A stretch of 64,000 bases of DNA from Candidatus Magasanikbacteria bacterium CG11_big_fil_rev_8_21_14_0_20_39_34 (GCA_002787355.1 PCWN01000007.1:248996-312995), one strand, 5' to 3'; positions 20,838 through 31,414 are shown, counted from the stretch's first letter. The notes: generated from the sequence alone by a model not told the origin. Made by a program: numbers and translations.

Positions 20838-23162
20838 ATGAATAAAAAACACATTCTTCCCGTACTTTCTTTGACTCTTGTTTCGAGTCTGTTTCCTCTT
20901 TTGCAAGCCCTTGCCATAGATGAGGCTGCTTTTAATCCAAACTTTATCATTTCAGATGAGCAACTCGAAGACTCAGACAGCATGAGTAGACGAGATATTC
21001 AAATTTTTTTAGATGATAAAAATAGCACGCTTGCCAACTATTTTACAGAAGATGCAAATGGAAAACGAACGAAAGCATCTGAAATTATCTATGAAGCAGC
21101 CCAAGAATACAAAATAAATCCAAAATATATTTTGGTAAAACTCCAAAAGGAACAAAGTCTTATCACCGACCCAACTCCAACACAGAAACAGCTAGATTGG
21201 GCGGCAGGATATGGAGTCTGTGATAGCTGCAGTATGTCCGACCCAAAAATTCAGAAATTTAAAGGTTTTGGAAAACAAGTTGATAATGCCGCAGGTATCA
21301 TGCGCTGGTACTATGAAAATACAGATACTCAGTCTTGGATTCATAAACCATTTGTGGACTATATTATTGATGGTCAAAATGTGAGTCCTCAAACACAGGC
21401 AACGGCATTTCTCTATACCTACACTCCACATATACATGGAAATCTTAATTTTTGGAAACTTTGGAATGAGTGGTTTAACCAAACCTACCCCAGTGGGACT
21501 CTTCTCAAAGCCATCGGGAGTCCAGACGTATTTCTTATCCAAGATGGAAAAAAACGAAAAATCACAAACTTTCGTGCTCTCATTACACGTTTTGACCCCA
21601 AACTTATTGTAGAGGTCCCCTCTCTTGAACTTTCAACCTATGCAGATGGAGTTCCTATTTCTTTTGCAAACTATTCTATACTTTTTGATGGTGAAAACTA
21701 CTTTCTGCTTGATAATGATTATCTCAGGCCGTTTGCCAGTGCTGAGGTAGTTCGAAAACTTGGATATAATCCAGATGAAATTATCTCTGTAAACAAAAGT
21801 GACCTTGAGGGATACCCAATGAGTGCTCAAATAACCACCTCAAGTGCATCAAACCCTGCTGGGAAAGTCATTGAGCTCAACCAAAAAGGGAGACTCTACT
21901 TCCTCAAAGATGGTGTTTACCACTTTATTCCCAATAAGCAAGTCGCAGAATCAAACTTCCCCGGATATATCCCCGAGAAAGCAGACCTAAGTATTCTTGA
22001 TACGTTTCAGGAAGGAAAGACGTTAGGATTTAAAGATGGTACACTCATTCAGGTGCAAGGGTTTAATAAAATTTATGTCATTGAAAATGGAAAAAAACGT
22101 CATATACCCAATGAAAAAGTTTTCTTGAGTCTTGGATATAAATGGGAAAATGTCATTCCCACAGATTTAGAAACTTCTCTTCTTCATGAAGACGGTCTTC
22201 CAATAGAAGGAAAGCAACAAACCGTGGCACTTCAACCGGCTTCTCTCTCCTCCAATATAACAATAACTCCAACACCAAATTCTCCATCCCCTACACCTAC
22301 TCAACAAAATCCTTTGCCCACACCAACAAAAAATGGCCTGCCTGTTTTTCAAGAAACTGGAATAATGTATGAAACTCCTGGAGTCCCATCCTTTGTAGGA
22401 ACTCCTTATGACACAAAGATAGATTCCTATCTAATTGCAGATTATGATTCTCTGCAAATTCTTGAAGGAAAAAATGTTGACTCACCACGTCCACTTGCTT
22501 CTCTTACCAAAGTTATGGCAGCATATACCATGCTCGAAGAAGGTCTAGATCGGTCTACCGTGTCTATTTATGATGGAAGTAGGCACAAGGCAAGTTACCA
22601 CCGTTTTCGTATCCAAAATGGAGAAGCAATACGAAACCAGGACTTACTGTACTCAATGCTTGTTTCTTCTCTCAATACCCCTTCTATCATGCTGGCAGAT
22701 AGTCTCGCGACCCCAGACATTGTTGTTTCAAAGATGAATGCGAATGCAAAAAATTGGAATCTTAGCCACTCACAATTTGCAGATACATCAGGACTTGATC
22801 TACAAAATTTTTCTACAGCACGTGAGTATCTTTCCCTTTTCAAAAATACTCTGGAAAATAAAGAACTCAAACGCATCCTCAGTCTTGCATCCTATGAATA
22901 TGAAGAGGTCATAGACAAAGATACTCTAAAAATGCACCAAGATACACATTCTAATCAGTTGAAAGCAAAAACGGATCTCCCATTTACCATTACTGCAAGT
23001 AAAACCGGGTACCTCTACGAATCTGGTTTTAATCTTACCATGGTAGTTCAATCTAAACTTACACAAAAGAAATATATAATTATACTTCTGGGAAATCCAG
23101 ACTACACCAATAGATTCAAAGATGCAGAAGCCTTCGCTCGATGGGCTCTTGCTCAGCAATAA
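20838..23162 (+). CDS. Secreted multidomain protein with an N-terminal domain of unknown function, three tandem 55-60-aa repeats, a Pro/Thr-rich linker, and a C-terminal S11 D-Ala-D-Ala carboxypeptidase (PBP5-like) domain
   Basis: It has a signal peptide. The repeats are GSPDVFLIQDGKKRKITNF..., GRLYFLKDGVYHFIPNK... and GFNKIYVIENGKKRHIPNEKVF.... The linker is TPTPNSPSPTPTQQNPLPTPT. The SxxK active site is LASLTKVMAAY, with downstream SxN/KTG-like motifs. Confidence 0.7.
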   Translation: MNKKHILPVLSLTLVSSLFPLLQALAIDEAAFNPNFIISDEQLEDSDSMSRRDIQIFLDDKNSTLANYFTEDANGKRTKASEIIYEAAQEYKINPKYILVKLQKEQSLITDPTPTQKQLDWAAGYGVCDSCSMSDPKIQKFKGFGKQVDNAAGIMRWYYENTDTQSWIHKPFVDYIIDGQNVSPQTQATAFLYTYTPHIHGNLNFWKLWNEWFNQTYPSGTLLKAIGSPDVFLIQDGKKRKITNFRALITRFDPKLIVEVPSLELSTYADGVPISFANYSILFDGENYFLLDNDYLRPFASAEVVRKLGYNPDEIISVNKSDLEGYPMSAQITTSSASNPAGKVIELNQKGRLYFLKDGVYHFIPNKQVAESNFPGYIPEKADLSILDTFQEGKTLGFKDGTLIQVQGFNKIYVIENGKKRHIPNEKVFLSLGYKWENVIPTDLETSLLHEDGLPIEGKQQTVALQPASLSSNITITPTPNSPSPTPTQQNPLPTPTKNGLPVFQETGIMYETPGVPSFVGTPYDTKIDSYLIADYDSLQILEGKNVDSPRPLASLTKVMAAYTMLEEGLDRSTVSIYDGSRHKASYHRFRIQNGEAIRNQDLLYSMLVSSLNTPSIMLADSLATPDIVVSKMNANAKNWNLSHSQFADTSGLDLQNFSTAREYLSLFKNTLENKELKRILSLASYEYEEVIDKDTLKMHQDTHSNQLKAKTDLPFTITASKTGYLYESGFNLTMVVQSKLTQKKYIIILLGNPDYTNRFKDAEAFARWALAQQ

Positions 23163-23171
23163 TAAACATGT

Positions 23172-23963
23172 ATGCAACTTGTATTTTCAGGAATTGTCCC
23201 ACATACCCCCCTTCTTATAGAAAGTATTTCAAAAGAAAAGAAAGACTATCTCCAAAAGAGTCATGCCGCCATTTCTGAACTTGAACAATCCCTTTATGTA
23301 AGTAAGCCTGATGTTTTGATTATTCTCTCACTTCATGAGGGAAGATACGATAATGCTTTTACTATTAATACGCAACCAGAGTTCCTTGCTACCTTTGAAC
23401 AATTTGGTGACCTTTCTACCAAAAAGATTTGGAAGGGAGCTACACATTTAGGTGCTACTATTGCACATAGTGATACTCCCAATACCCTTCCTATACAACT
23501 CGTCTCCGAATCAAAGCTTGATTATGGAACAGCCGTTCCGCTCATACTTCTGACTCAACATCTTCAAAATATAAAAATACTTCCTATTGGATACTCCCAT
23601 CTTTCCCCTAAAGAACATTTTGACTTTGGAAGTCTTATTCGGGAAAGATTAGCGGAATCAAATAAAAGAGTTGCTATCATCGCCTCTGGAGATCTGGCGC
23701 ATACCTTAAGTCCTGCATCCCCTCTTGGGTATCATGAAGATGGACAAAAATTTGATACCTCGATTATTGAAATGCTTCAGTCTGGTAATACGGCAGGCAT
23801 TTTGAACCTTGATCCAGCAATTATTGAAAATGCCAAAGGTGATATCTATAAACCACTTCTTATACTTTTGGGGCTTTTACAGGATATGCGCTTTAATTTC
23901 AAAAATTTATCCTATGAAGCGCCTTTTGGGATAGGTTATCTTGTTGGACAATTTGAATTTTAA
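23172..23963 (+). CDS. LigB-family (class III extradiol dioxygenase subunit B-like / MEMO-like) protein
   Basis: A 263-aa protein with IVPHTPLL near the N-terminus and AIIASGDLAHTLSP, consistent with the LigB/DODA fold. The family assignment is tentative. Confidence 0.4.
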   Translation: MQLVFSGIVPHTPLLIESISKEKKDYLQKSHAAISELEQSLYVSKPDVLIILSLHEGRYDNAFTINTQPEFLATFEQFGDLSTKKIWKGATHLGATIAHSDTPNTLPIQLVSESKLDYGTAVPLILLTQHLQNIKILPIGYSHLSPKEHFDFGSLIRERLAESNKRVAIIASGDLAHTLSPASPLGYHEDGQKFDTSIIEMLQSGNTAGILNLDPAIIENAKGDIYKPLLILLGLLQDMRFNFKNLSYEAPFGIGYLVGQFEF

Positions 23964-23983
23964 AACAATCACAACCGTACGCT

Positions 23984-25861
23984 ATGCTTGTTGAAATTCT
24001 TCCGCTCAGGCAGGTTCCGCGTGCATTGGATCAGCTTACCTACCGCGTACCCAAGGAACTTCTCGACACAATATCTGTGGGTCAAATTGTGAAAGTCCCA
24101 TTTCGGAAGTCTTTTATTTCAGGCCTTGTTTTGTCATTGCACAGCACCGATACTATACACCTCCAGAATATCAAAGATGTAGACTCTATCATTTGTGCTC
24201 TTCCACTTCTTAATCAAGAATATGTCCTCAAGCTCCAGGAAGTTGCTAAAATGTATAGCACCAGTGCCGGGGATCTTGTAAAAAAATGTCTTCCCCCACT
24301 CCAAGTACGAAAGCTCAAGTCTCTAAAGAGCTTTCATCTTCCTCAATATAAAACACAAAAGGGAAAGAAAAAAATTCAATATCATTATTATTCCACACAG
24401 CAAGAGCACGCAAATTTTTTAAAAAAAGCTTCCAAGGGAAAAACTCTTATAATTATCCCTGAAACTTTTTATAAAAACACGCTTCTTTCCATATTCCAAA
24501 ATCAAAAAAATATTCCCATTATTTTTGATAGTTCAGATACAACCAAACAACTCTATGAAAATTGGTTTGCTCTTCACAGCAATGAGTCAAATATTATCAT
24601 AGGTCTTCGAAACGCCGTTTTTTTACCATTGTATCTCTTTGATACTATTATTGTAGATTACGAGCATGAACAAAATCACAAACATTGGGATCAGAAGCCT
24701 CGATTTCATGTCAAAGACGTCTTGGATATTCTTTCCCCCACTTTAAAAGCAAACATTCACTACGCAAGTTTTTGTCCCAGTGTTTCTTCATATCACTCGC
24801 TCTATAATGATATATTTTCCTTTGAAAAAAAGCTTAGTAAAACTACTCTTCTTTTTTCAAAACAAAAATCTTTTCCTTGCATCATTGATATGAAGGATGA
24901 AAAACGTGGCAAGAATTTTTCTTTTTTTTCAGAATATGTACAAAACCTTATTTTTGAAACTGAAGAAAATCTTTTCTTTTACCTCAACCGAAAAGGTTTT
25001 GCACGTTCTGTGGGATGTAGTCATTGCGATAACATAGAATCTTGTGCCAAATGTCATCTTCCACTTACTTATTTTAAGGATGAAAAAGTTTTACGTTGCA
25101 ACTATTGTCAGTATACAGAATCTTTTTCATCTACCTGTAAAAAATGTAAATCTTCTCTCGTTGAGTTGCAAGGTGTTGGGATTGAAATGGTGGAAAGTGA
25201 ACTCAAACGAGCTCTGCCTGATATTAAAAAAAACATTATCCGTATAGACTCCAATACCAGTGAAATCCCTTCATTTTCTGATTCGAGAAATATTGTGGTG
25301 GGTACCGCACGCGCTCTGGGGGTTATTGATTTTAAAAAATTTGATAAAATCATCATACTTGACCTTGATAGGCAGATGCTTATTCCCGAATATATGGCCA
25401 CAGAAAATATGTGGTCTACCCTTTGCTTTTTTGAATTTTTTTCACAATCCATGAGTAAAATAATTATTCAAACCCATAATACACAACACTTTTTACTCAA
25501 ATCCCTTCAGGAAAAAGACCGCTTTTACCGTACCGAGTTGCTTCTACGCAAAGAAACCCTTTATCCGCCCTATATTGCCCTTTCTCGATATTTTTATGGC
25601 GGAAGGTCCCCTGAACTCGCCTATCAGGAGGCAAAGCGCGTATACGACACTCTTAAGCGTACGTTGACAGAAACTCGAAAATCTGTTACTATCATTGGCC
25701 CCATAGAAATGCAGCCCAGATACTTCCGAAATCAGTACTGGTACTGTATAATAGCTAAAATGACAAAAGAAGCCTGGGAAAACGATCTCCCGTGGTTGAA
25801 TGCACACTTTCCCCCATCGTGGAAGGTGGACCCCAACCCTATTTCGCTTCTTTCACCATAA
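23984..25861 (+). CDS. priA: Primosomal protein N' (PriA)-like, with degenerate ATPase motifs
   Basis: It has a PriA-like N-terminus (LTYRVPKEL...VGQIVKVPFRKSFISGLVL) and the PriA Cys-rich region CSHCDNIESCAKCHLPLTY...LRCNYCQY...CKKCKS. Walker A (KKASKGKT) and motif II (VDYEHE) are non-canonical. Confidence 0.55.
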   Translation: MLVEILPLRQVPRALDQLTYRVPKELLDTISVGQIVKVPFRKSFISGLVLSLHSTDTIHLQNIKDVDSIICALPLLNQEYVLKLQEVAKMYSTSAGDLVKKCLPPLQVRKLKSLKSFHLPQYKTQKGKKKIQYHYYSTQQEHANFLKKASKGKTLIIIPETFYKNTLLSIFQNQKNIPIIFDSSDTTKQLYENWFALHSNESNIIIGLRNAVFLPLYLFDTIIVDYEHEQNHKHWDQKPRFHVKDVLDILSPTLKANIHYASFCPSVSSYHSLYNDIFSFEKKLSKTTLLFSKQKSFPCIIDMKDEKRGKNFSFFSEYVQNLIFETEENLFFYLNRKGFARSVGCSHCDNIESCAKCHLPLTYFKDEKVLRCNYCQYTESFSSTCKKCKSSLVELQGVGIEMVESELKRALPDIKKNIIRIDSNTSEIPSFSDSRNIVVGTARALGVIDFKKFDKIIILDLDRQMLIPEYMATENMWSTLCFFEFFSQSMSKIIIQTHNTQHFLLKSLQEKDRFYRTELLLRKETLYPPYIALSRYFYGGRSPELAYQEAKRVYDTLKRTLTETRKSVTIIGPIEMQPRYFRNQYWYCIIAKMTKEAWENDLPWLNAHFPPSWKVDPNPISLLSP

Positions 25862-25878
25862 ATATTTTTGAATTCGTT

Positions 25879-26382
25879 ATGCTCGATATCATTACGGTAC
25901 CAACTCCAAGCCTGCGAAAACGATCCAAAGAAATTGATCATAATTTTTTGGTTTTGGAGGAAACACAACAGTTTATAGATGATATGGTCACAACTATGTA
26001 TGAAGATGATGGGATTGGCCTTGCGGCCCCCCAAGTAGCCCAAAATATTCGTATCTGTGTTATAGGAAAGGAAGCCATTCCCAAAAAACATCACATCAAA
26101 GGAGACCTTATACTCGTGAACCCTACATGGGAAAGAATTTCAAAAAAGACCCTCTGGGATATTGAAGGTTGTCTTTCTGTACCAAGGATTTTTGGAAAAG
26201 TAAAAAGATATAAGGAAATTGAAATAAAAGCATGGGATAGAAACGGCAAACCTCTTTCTTTTGAGGCAAATGACTTTTTGGCCCGTGTTATACAACATGA
26301 AGTAGATCATCTCGACGGAGTTCTTTTCATTGATAAAGCAAGAGATTTATACGAAGTAGAAAGAAAAGACTCACGTCTGTAA
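25879..26382 (+). CDS. def: Peptide deformylase
   Basis: The motifs GIGLAAPQV, EGCLSVP and HEVDHLDG. The ORF track extends it to 25792, but the upstream part overlaps the priA end, so the start is probably the ATG at 25879 (MLDIITVPTP...). Confidence 0.85.
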   Translation: MLDIITVPTPSLRKRSKEIDHNFLVLEETQQFIDDMVTTMYEDDGIGLAAPQVAQNIRICVIGKEAIPKKHHIKGDLILVNPTWERISKKTLWDIEGCLSVPRIFGKVKRYKEIEIKAWDRNGKPLSFEANDFLARVIQHEVDHLDGVLFIDKARDLYEVERKDSRL

Positions 26383-26405
26383 TATACTTACTTATCTTTG
26401 CCCAC

Positions 26406-27347
26406 ATGCAACAAGACTCAGCTCAAAATGGAACCCCTATCGTTTTTTTTGGAACTCAAACATTTGCTTGTCACATTTTACAAGGACTTCTTCAGAGTCC
26501 TTTTTTTCATGTTTCTTTGGTTATTACCCAACCAGATAAACCCGTGGGGAGAAAAAAAGTTCTCACCCCTTCACCGGTAAAAACTCTTGCACAATCTTTT
26601 GAGATACCAACTGAAACTCCCAATTCTTTGAAGAATTATCAAATTCCTCCTGGAAGCCCCGCTCTTGCCGTTGTTGCACAATATGGGAAGATTATTCCAG
26701 AATCTATCCTAAATAGCTTTTCCATGGGTGTTATCAATGTACACACATCTCTTTTGCCAAAATATCGTGGCGCATCCCCCATACAATCTGCTATAGTGAA
26801 TGGAGATACTCAAACTGGGGTGACCATCATGCTTATGGACGTAGGAATGGATACTGGGCCAATTCTCTCTTATGAAACTCTAAGAATTTTACCAGATGAT
26901 ACTTATCCTGAGGTAGATCAAAAACTTGCCAATATTGGTTCAGAGTTACTCCTTCAAACACTCCCAAAAGTTTTGGATGGAACCATTACCCCACAAAAAC
27001 AAAATGATTCTGAAGCCACTGCTTGTAAAATGCTTTCCCGAGAGGATGGAAAAATACACTGGGATACAATGAAGGCAAACCATATATATAACCTATACCG
27101 AGGTCTTACTCCATGGCCTGGAGTTTGGACTACTCTGGATGGTTTACGACTCAAACTTCACAAAATCACTCCTTCAGAGAAAGGAATTCCTGCAGGAGTC
27201 CTCCTCTTTGAAGATGGGAAGATATACGTGGGAGCAATGGAGGGCTCAATAGAAATTTTGGACCTTCAACTTGAAGGAAAACCAAGCATGAATGCACAAA
27301 CCTTTATAAATGGGTTTCAAAAGTATAATCACGCACACTTGATATAG
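26406..27347 (+). CDS. fmt: Methionyl-tRNA formyltransferase
   Basis: It has the formyltransferase motif NVHTSLLPKYRGASPIQ and a C-terminal Fmt domain. This gives a def-fmt gene pair. Confidence 0.9.
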   Translation: MQQDSAQNGTPIVFFGTQTFACHILQGLLQSPFFHVSLVITQPDKPVGRKKVLTPSPVKTLAQSFEIPTETPNSLKNYQIPPGSPALAVVAQYGKIIPESILNSFSMGVINVHTSLLPKYRGASPIQSAIVNGDTQTGVTIMLMDVGMDTGPILSYETLRILPDDTYPEVDQKLANIGSELLLQTLPKVLDGTITPQKQNDSEATACKMLSREDGKIHWDTMKANHIYNLYRGLTPWPGVWTTLDGLRLKLHKITPSEKGIPAGVLLFEDGKIYVGAMEGSIEILDLQLEGKPSMNAQTFINGFQKYNHAHLI

Positions 27348-27353
27348 TGTCAT

Positions 27354-28811
27354 ATGCCCCAAACATTCATATCTGAAAAGATTTGTTTCCATAAGGAAAC
27401 CGTCTTGTATATTCTTACCTTTATTGGACTTCGAATTTTTTCTTACTTATTTACCTCTCATGATATCCTACAAGCAATCTTCTGTTTTGTTTCTATCATG
27501 CTTTTTGGTCTTCTTTACTTTAAAAATGAAGAATATGCTTTTCTCCTTCTCTTGGGCGAGCTCCTCCTTGGCGGATCCGGACACTTATTCGAATTTTTTG
27601 GCCTCTCACTACGACTCCTCCTTCTTATTTGTTTTTCCCTTTTATGGTTTTTACATCACACCCTCTTTTTGAAAACCATAAAGAAGTTCTACATACCACA
27701 TCATATTTTTCATCTTCTCATTGCACTTTCCTTTATTGTCTTTTTTTCTTTTTTTAATGGTTTACAATCAGGACATATCCCCCATAATGTCATCTCTGAC
27801 ACTATTCCATACGTCTATTTTACATTTCTTCTTCCATTCTATTTTCTTCTTCACAATGTTCATACTCAGCATTCGCTTCTTCGTCTTGTGGTCGCTTTTA
27901 TTGTGGGGAGTTCGCTTTTTTCCGTATTTAACTTCGTCATGTTCAGTTCTGGTGCTACAGTCATCCAGGGACCTTACTATTTATGGCTCCGTTGGGTCAA
28001 TTTGGCAAAAATAACAGACATGGGCGAAGGTTTTTTTCGAATCGTTTTACCGGAACATTTTCTTCTTATTCCCATTGCTCTTTTATTGATGTCACTTCTT
28101 ATAACAAAAATGCGTCATTCCAAGTTTTTTATTTTTCTTCTTATTCTCATACTTTTAACAACCATTATTGATCTTTCCAGAACACTCCTTTTGGGATTGG
28201 GAATTGGATCTTTTGTGCTCTTGTATCGTCATAACGTTCTAAGTTGGGTTAAGATCATGCTATTTACACTTCTTATATCTTTTATCCTTTTTGTATCTAT
28301 CAATTTTACAGCAAGCCAAGGGAAAACATTTGGATTTGACCTTTTTACAACCCGAGTAACCAGTCTTATAAACCCAGATACCGAACGAAGTACAAAAACA
28401 CGAATGGCACTCCTACCAGATATTTGGGCACAAATAGAAACGAGCCCCCTTTTTGGTAACGGTCTTGGTGCAGAAGTTACCTACTTTGATACCTATGAGT
28501 CAAAAGAAATAGCCACAACACAACTTGACTGGGGATATTTTGAGTTATTGGTAGAAATTGGAATTTTCGGAGCATTTATCTATTTAAGTGTTATTATACT
28601 TACTCTCTTGGGATTGTTGCATAAGATAAAAAACCATATTCTGCACAAAAGCTTTTATGTGGGTCTTCTTTCTGGCTTTGTTTCCTTACTTTTTATGAAT
28701 ATTACATCCCCAGCACTGTTTCATGTATTTGGTGTCTTTTTTATTGTTATCATAATAAGTATCATCATGCGCCCATATCACCTGCTTGATGCTTTTTTTC
28801 CTCCAGAATAA
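27354..28811 (+). CDS. Polytopic membrane protein, O-antigen ligase/Wzy-like
   Basis: A 485-aa protein with more than 10 TM helices and a loop region (ALLPDIWAQIETSPLFGNGLGAEV) reminiscent of the Wzy_C/O-antigen ligase family. The assignment is tentative. Confidence 0.4.
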   Translation: MPQTFISEKICFHKETVLYILTFIGLRIFSYLFTSHDILQAIFCFVSIMLFGLLYFKNEEYAFLLLLGELLLGGSGHLFEFFGLSLRLLLLICFSLLWFLHHTLFLKTIKKFYIPHHIFHLLIALSFIVFFSFFNGLQSGHIPHNVISDTIPYVYFTFLLPFYFLLHNVHTQHSLLRLVVAFIVGSSLFSVFNFVMFSSGATVIQGPYYLWLRWVNLAKITDMGEGFFRIVLPEHFLLIPIALLLMSLLITKMRHSKFFIFLLILILLTTIIDLSRTLLLGLGIGSFVLLYRHNVLSWVKIMLFTLLISFILFVSINFTASQGKTFGFDLFTTRVTSLINPDTERSTKTRMALLPDIWAQIETSPLFGNGLGAEVTYFDTYESKEIATTQLDWGYFELLVEIGIFGAFIYLSVIILTLLGLLHKIKNHILHKSFYVGLLSGFVSLLFMNITSPALFHVFGVFFIVIIISIIMRPYHLLDAFFPPE

Positions 28812-28814
28812 TCT

Positions 28815-29960
28815 ATGAACAAACATCCACTCACTTGGGTAGAAATATCCGAAAATGCTCTTAAAAATAATGTTTCCCTTCTGCGCAGTATCGTTGGTGA
28901 GCATGTCCTTTTAGCACCTTGCGTGAAAGGGAATGCCTATGGTCATGATCTTCTTACATGTGCAAAAATTTTTGCAGATTTTGGAGCGGATTGGCTTTGT
29001 GTAAATGCATTATTTGAAGCAAAAAAAATTCGAACTATCCTCAAAGATATTCCCATACTTGTTCTTGGATATATCCAGCTTCACGAACTCCAAGAAGCAG
29101 TAGAAAACAATGTCAAACTGGTAGTTTATAATACAGAAACCTTAGAGCAATTAGAGAAAATTGGAGCTACTACTGGGAAAGAAATTGATGTTCATGTAAA
29201 AGCAGAAACTGGGAACAATCGCCAAGGCCTCAAAAAAGATGAACTTGTGACCTTTTGTAAAGAGGTCAAGAAGAAAAAACATCTTCGTCTTGAGGGTATA
29301 TACACACATTTTGCAAATATTGAAGACACCACTGACCACAGCTATGCCATGCAACAGCTCCAAACTTTTCACGATATTCTTTTAGAACTTGAAAATAAAG
29401 GAATTGTTATTCCCATTAAGCATTGTGCCAACTCAGCGGCTACACTGCTATTCTCAGAAACTCATTTTAACATGGTACGACCAGGAATTGCTTCCTATGG
29501 CCTCTGGCCTTCCAACGAAACCTATGTTTCTTATCTTTCATCTGGAAAAAGTCCCCTTATGCTTTCCCCTGCACTTGCATGGAAAACAAAAATAGCCCAG
29601 GTAAAAGAAATCGATGCCGGACAGTTTATTGGTTATGGCTGCACCTACAAGACAACCCATCAAACACGATTGGCAATTCTCCCTATTGGATATTATGATG
29701 GATATGATAGAAAGCTTTCCAATCAAGCCTATGTGCTCATACACGGAAAACGCGCCCCTATTCGAGGACGCGTTTGCATGAATATAGTTATGGTAGATGT
29801 AACAGATATCCCAGATGTACACATAGAGGATGAGGTGGTGCTTCTTGGATCATCGGGAAGTGAACGCATTACCGCAGAGCAACTCGGAAACTGGACCGGT
29901 TCCATTAATTATGAAGATGTTACCCGTATTCGTGAATCTATTCTCCGTATTTCTGTGTAA
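28815..29960 (+). CDS. alr: Alanine racemase
   Basis: The PLP-binding site LAPCVKGNAYGHDL over 381 aa with a C-terminal beta domain. Confidence 0.9.
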   Translation: MNKHPLTWVEISENALKNNVSLLRSIVGEHVLLAPCVKGNAYGHDLLTCAKIFADFGADWLCVNALFEAKKIRTILKDIPILVLGYIQLHELQEAVENNVKLVVYNTETLEQLEKIGATTGKEIDVHVKAETGNNRQGLKKDELVTFCKEVKKKKHLRLEGIYTHFANIEDTTDHSYAMQQLQTFHDILLELENKGIVIPIKHCANSAATLLFSETHFNMVRPGIASYGLWPSNETYVSYLSSGKSPLMLSPALAWKTKIAQVKEIDAGQFIGYGCTYKTTHQTRLAILPIGYYDGYDRKLSNQAYVLIHGKRAPIRGRVCMNIVMVDVTDIPDVHIEDEVVLLGSSGSERITAEQLGNWTGSINYEDVTRIRESILRISV

Positions 29961-29962
29961 TT

Positions 29963-30550
29963 TTATAATGGAAGAGTAAGGTTAATACCGGAACCAATGG
30001 GTTGACCACTGGCATTCATTCCTACGGGAGCCGGATCAAAATTTACTGCAATAGGCATAAGATCCCCCGTAAGGGTAGAGTGATAGATCATTTTATTTTT
30101 TCTTCCGTATTCATACACTTCCTTTGTCACTTTTACATCTTGCTCACAGTATTCCTTTATCAAATCAATTTTTCCTTCTTTAAACCACTCCATAGCCTGC
30201 AGTCCATCTGCACTTTTTTGTATTTGCAATGTTGCCTTTGCTACATCATCTAATTTCAATCTTTTTCCAAAAGAATCTTTGATGACTTTCAACAAATCCA
30301 AGTGAGGAATTTGGGTAAGATCACCTGCATAGTACTTATTGAGGATAGGAAGATCAAAATGTGCGCTATTATATCCTATTATTCTTTCTGCTTTTTCAAG
30401 CAATGGCCAAAGCTCTGAAAGCTCATGTTCTTCAAAAGATCTATATGAATCATGCTCAAATTCATAAATGGATACCACAGTGATTTTCATACTCATGATA
30501 TCGCGGATATCTCCAATGGTTTCTATATCAAAAACAATTTCTCGTGACAT
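29963..30550 (-). CDS. DnaQ-like DEDD 3'-5' exonuclease
   Basis: Exo I motif FDIETIG, Exo II motif GYNSAHFDLPIL, and a C-terminal YxxxD-containing motif. Confidence 0.6.
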   Translation of the reverse strand: MSREIVFDIETIGDIRDIMSMKITVVSIYEFEHDSYRSFEEHELSELWPLLEKAERIIGYNSAHFDLPILNKYYAGDLTQIPHLDLLKVIKDSFGKRLKLDDVAKATLQIQKSADGLQAMEWFKEGKIDLIKEYCEQDVKVTKEVYEYGRKNKMIYHSTLTGDLMPIAVNFDPAPVGMNASGQPIGSGINLTLPL

Positions 30551-30561
30551 AATGCTTCCAT

Positions 30562-30915
30562 TTATTTTACTTTTTTAAACTTTACAGTAAAAACTGGTTC
30601 ATATTCATTCTCGTATTGGTCATTTACACTTACCGATTGTCCTTTTACATACTGGTTGAGGGTAATATCAGTTAACATTTCCTGATCTGATTCAATATCA
30701 ATCTTTATATCATCCATCTGAATAAATTCTTTTGAAAATTGTTCTTTTACCGTGTTTTCTATCTGTTTTTTTCTCTCACGAAAGGTCTTAAGCTCATCGG
30801 AAACATCCGTATATTCAGATACTGAAGAGAGTGCTTCTCTATATGCCTTGTTTATCTCTCTCAGCTTTTTTTTATTTTCTTCTATTCTCACAAAAATTTC
30901 CTGTAGGTCTTGCAT
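30562..30915 (-). CDS. Hypothetical coiled-coil protein
   Basis: A 117-aa charged protein predicted to be helical, with no recognisable motif. Confidence 0.3.
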   Translation of the reverse strand: MQDLQEIFVRIEENKKKLREINKAYREALSSVSEYTDVSDELKTFRERKKQIENTVKEQFSKEFIQMDDIKIDIESDQEMLTDITLNQYVKGQSVSVNDQYENEYEPVFTVKFKKVK

Positions 30916-30980
30916 AGACTACATAATTATAATGATTAGTTACAACAGTATATCACAGTTAAAACTCTTTGTTAAGAAAT

Positions 30981-31009
30981 AAAAAAACGAGTTCTTTACT
31001 CGTTTTTTT
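30981..31009 (-). terminator. Rho-independent terminator downstream of msrB (bidirectional architecture)
   Basis: The sequence aaaaaaaCGAGTtctttACTCGttttttt is a perfect hairpin flanked by A- and T-runs. Confidence 0.55.
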
Positions 31010-31024
31010 ATAATTCAATTTTTT

Positions 31025-31408
31025 CTAGTCCTCACCTTTTTTCTTAAAATCCAAGGCACAAGAGTTAATACAATATCTTTGCCCTGTGTTTGTGGGACCA
31101 TCATTAAATACATGTCCAAGATGAGATGAACAAGCCTTACAAGTGACCTCGGTACGCATCATTCCATGACTTGTATCTGTAGTAAGCACCACATGCTCAA
31201 GATTTTCTGGTTTATCAAAGCTTGGCCAACCACTCCCAGAATCAAATTTAGCATCTGAACTAAAGAGGTCTGCACCGCATGCAGCGCATTGATACATACC
31301 ATTCTCATGATGTTTATAATATTTTCCCGAAAAAGGAGCCTCTGTCCCCTTTTGTCTGAGAACAGCATATTGTTCTTCGGTAAGTTTTTCCTTGTATTCG
31401 TCTTCCAT
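31025..31408 (-). CDS. msrB: Peptide-methionine (R)-S-oxide reductase MsrB
   Basis: It has the two CxxC pairs and the [17 protein letters not shown] / RYCINS signature. Confidence 0.9.
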   Translation of the reverse strand: MEDEYKEKLTEEQYAVLRQKGTEAPFSGKYYKHHENGMYQCAACGADLFSSDAKFDSGSGWPSFDKPENLEHVVLTTDTSHGMMRTEVTCKACSSHLGHVFNDGPTNTGQRYCINSCALDFKKKGED

Positions 31409-31414
31409 AGAATA

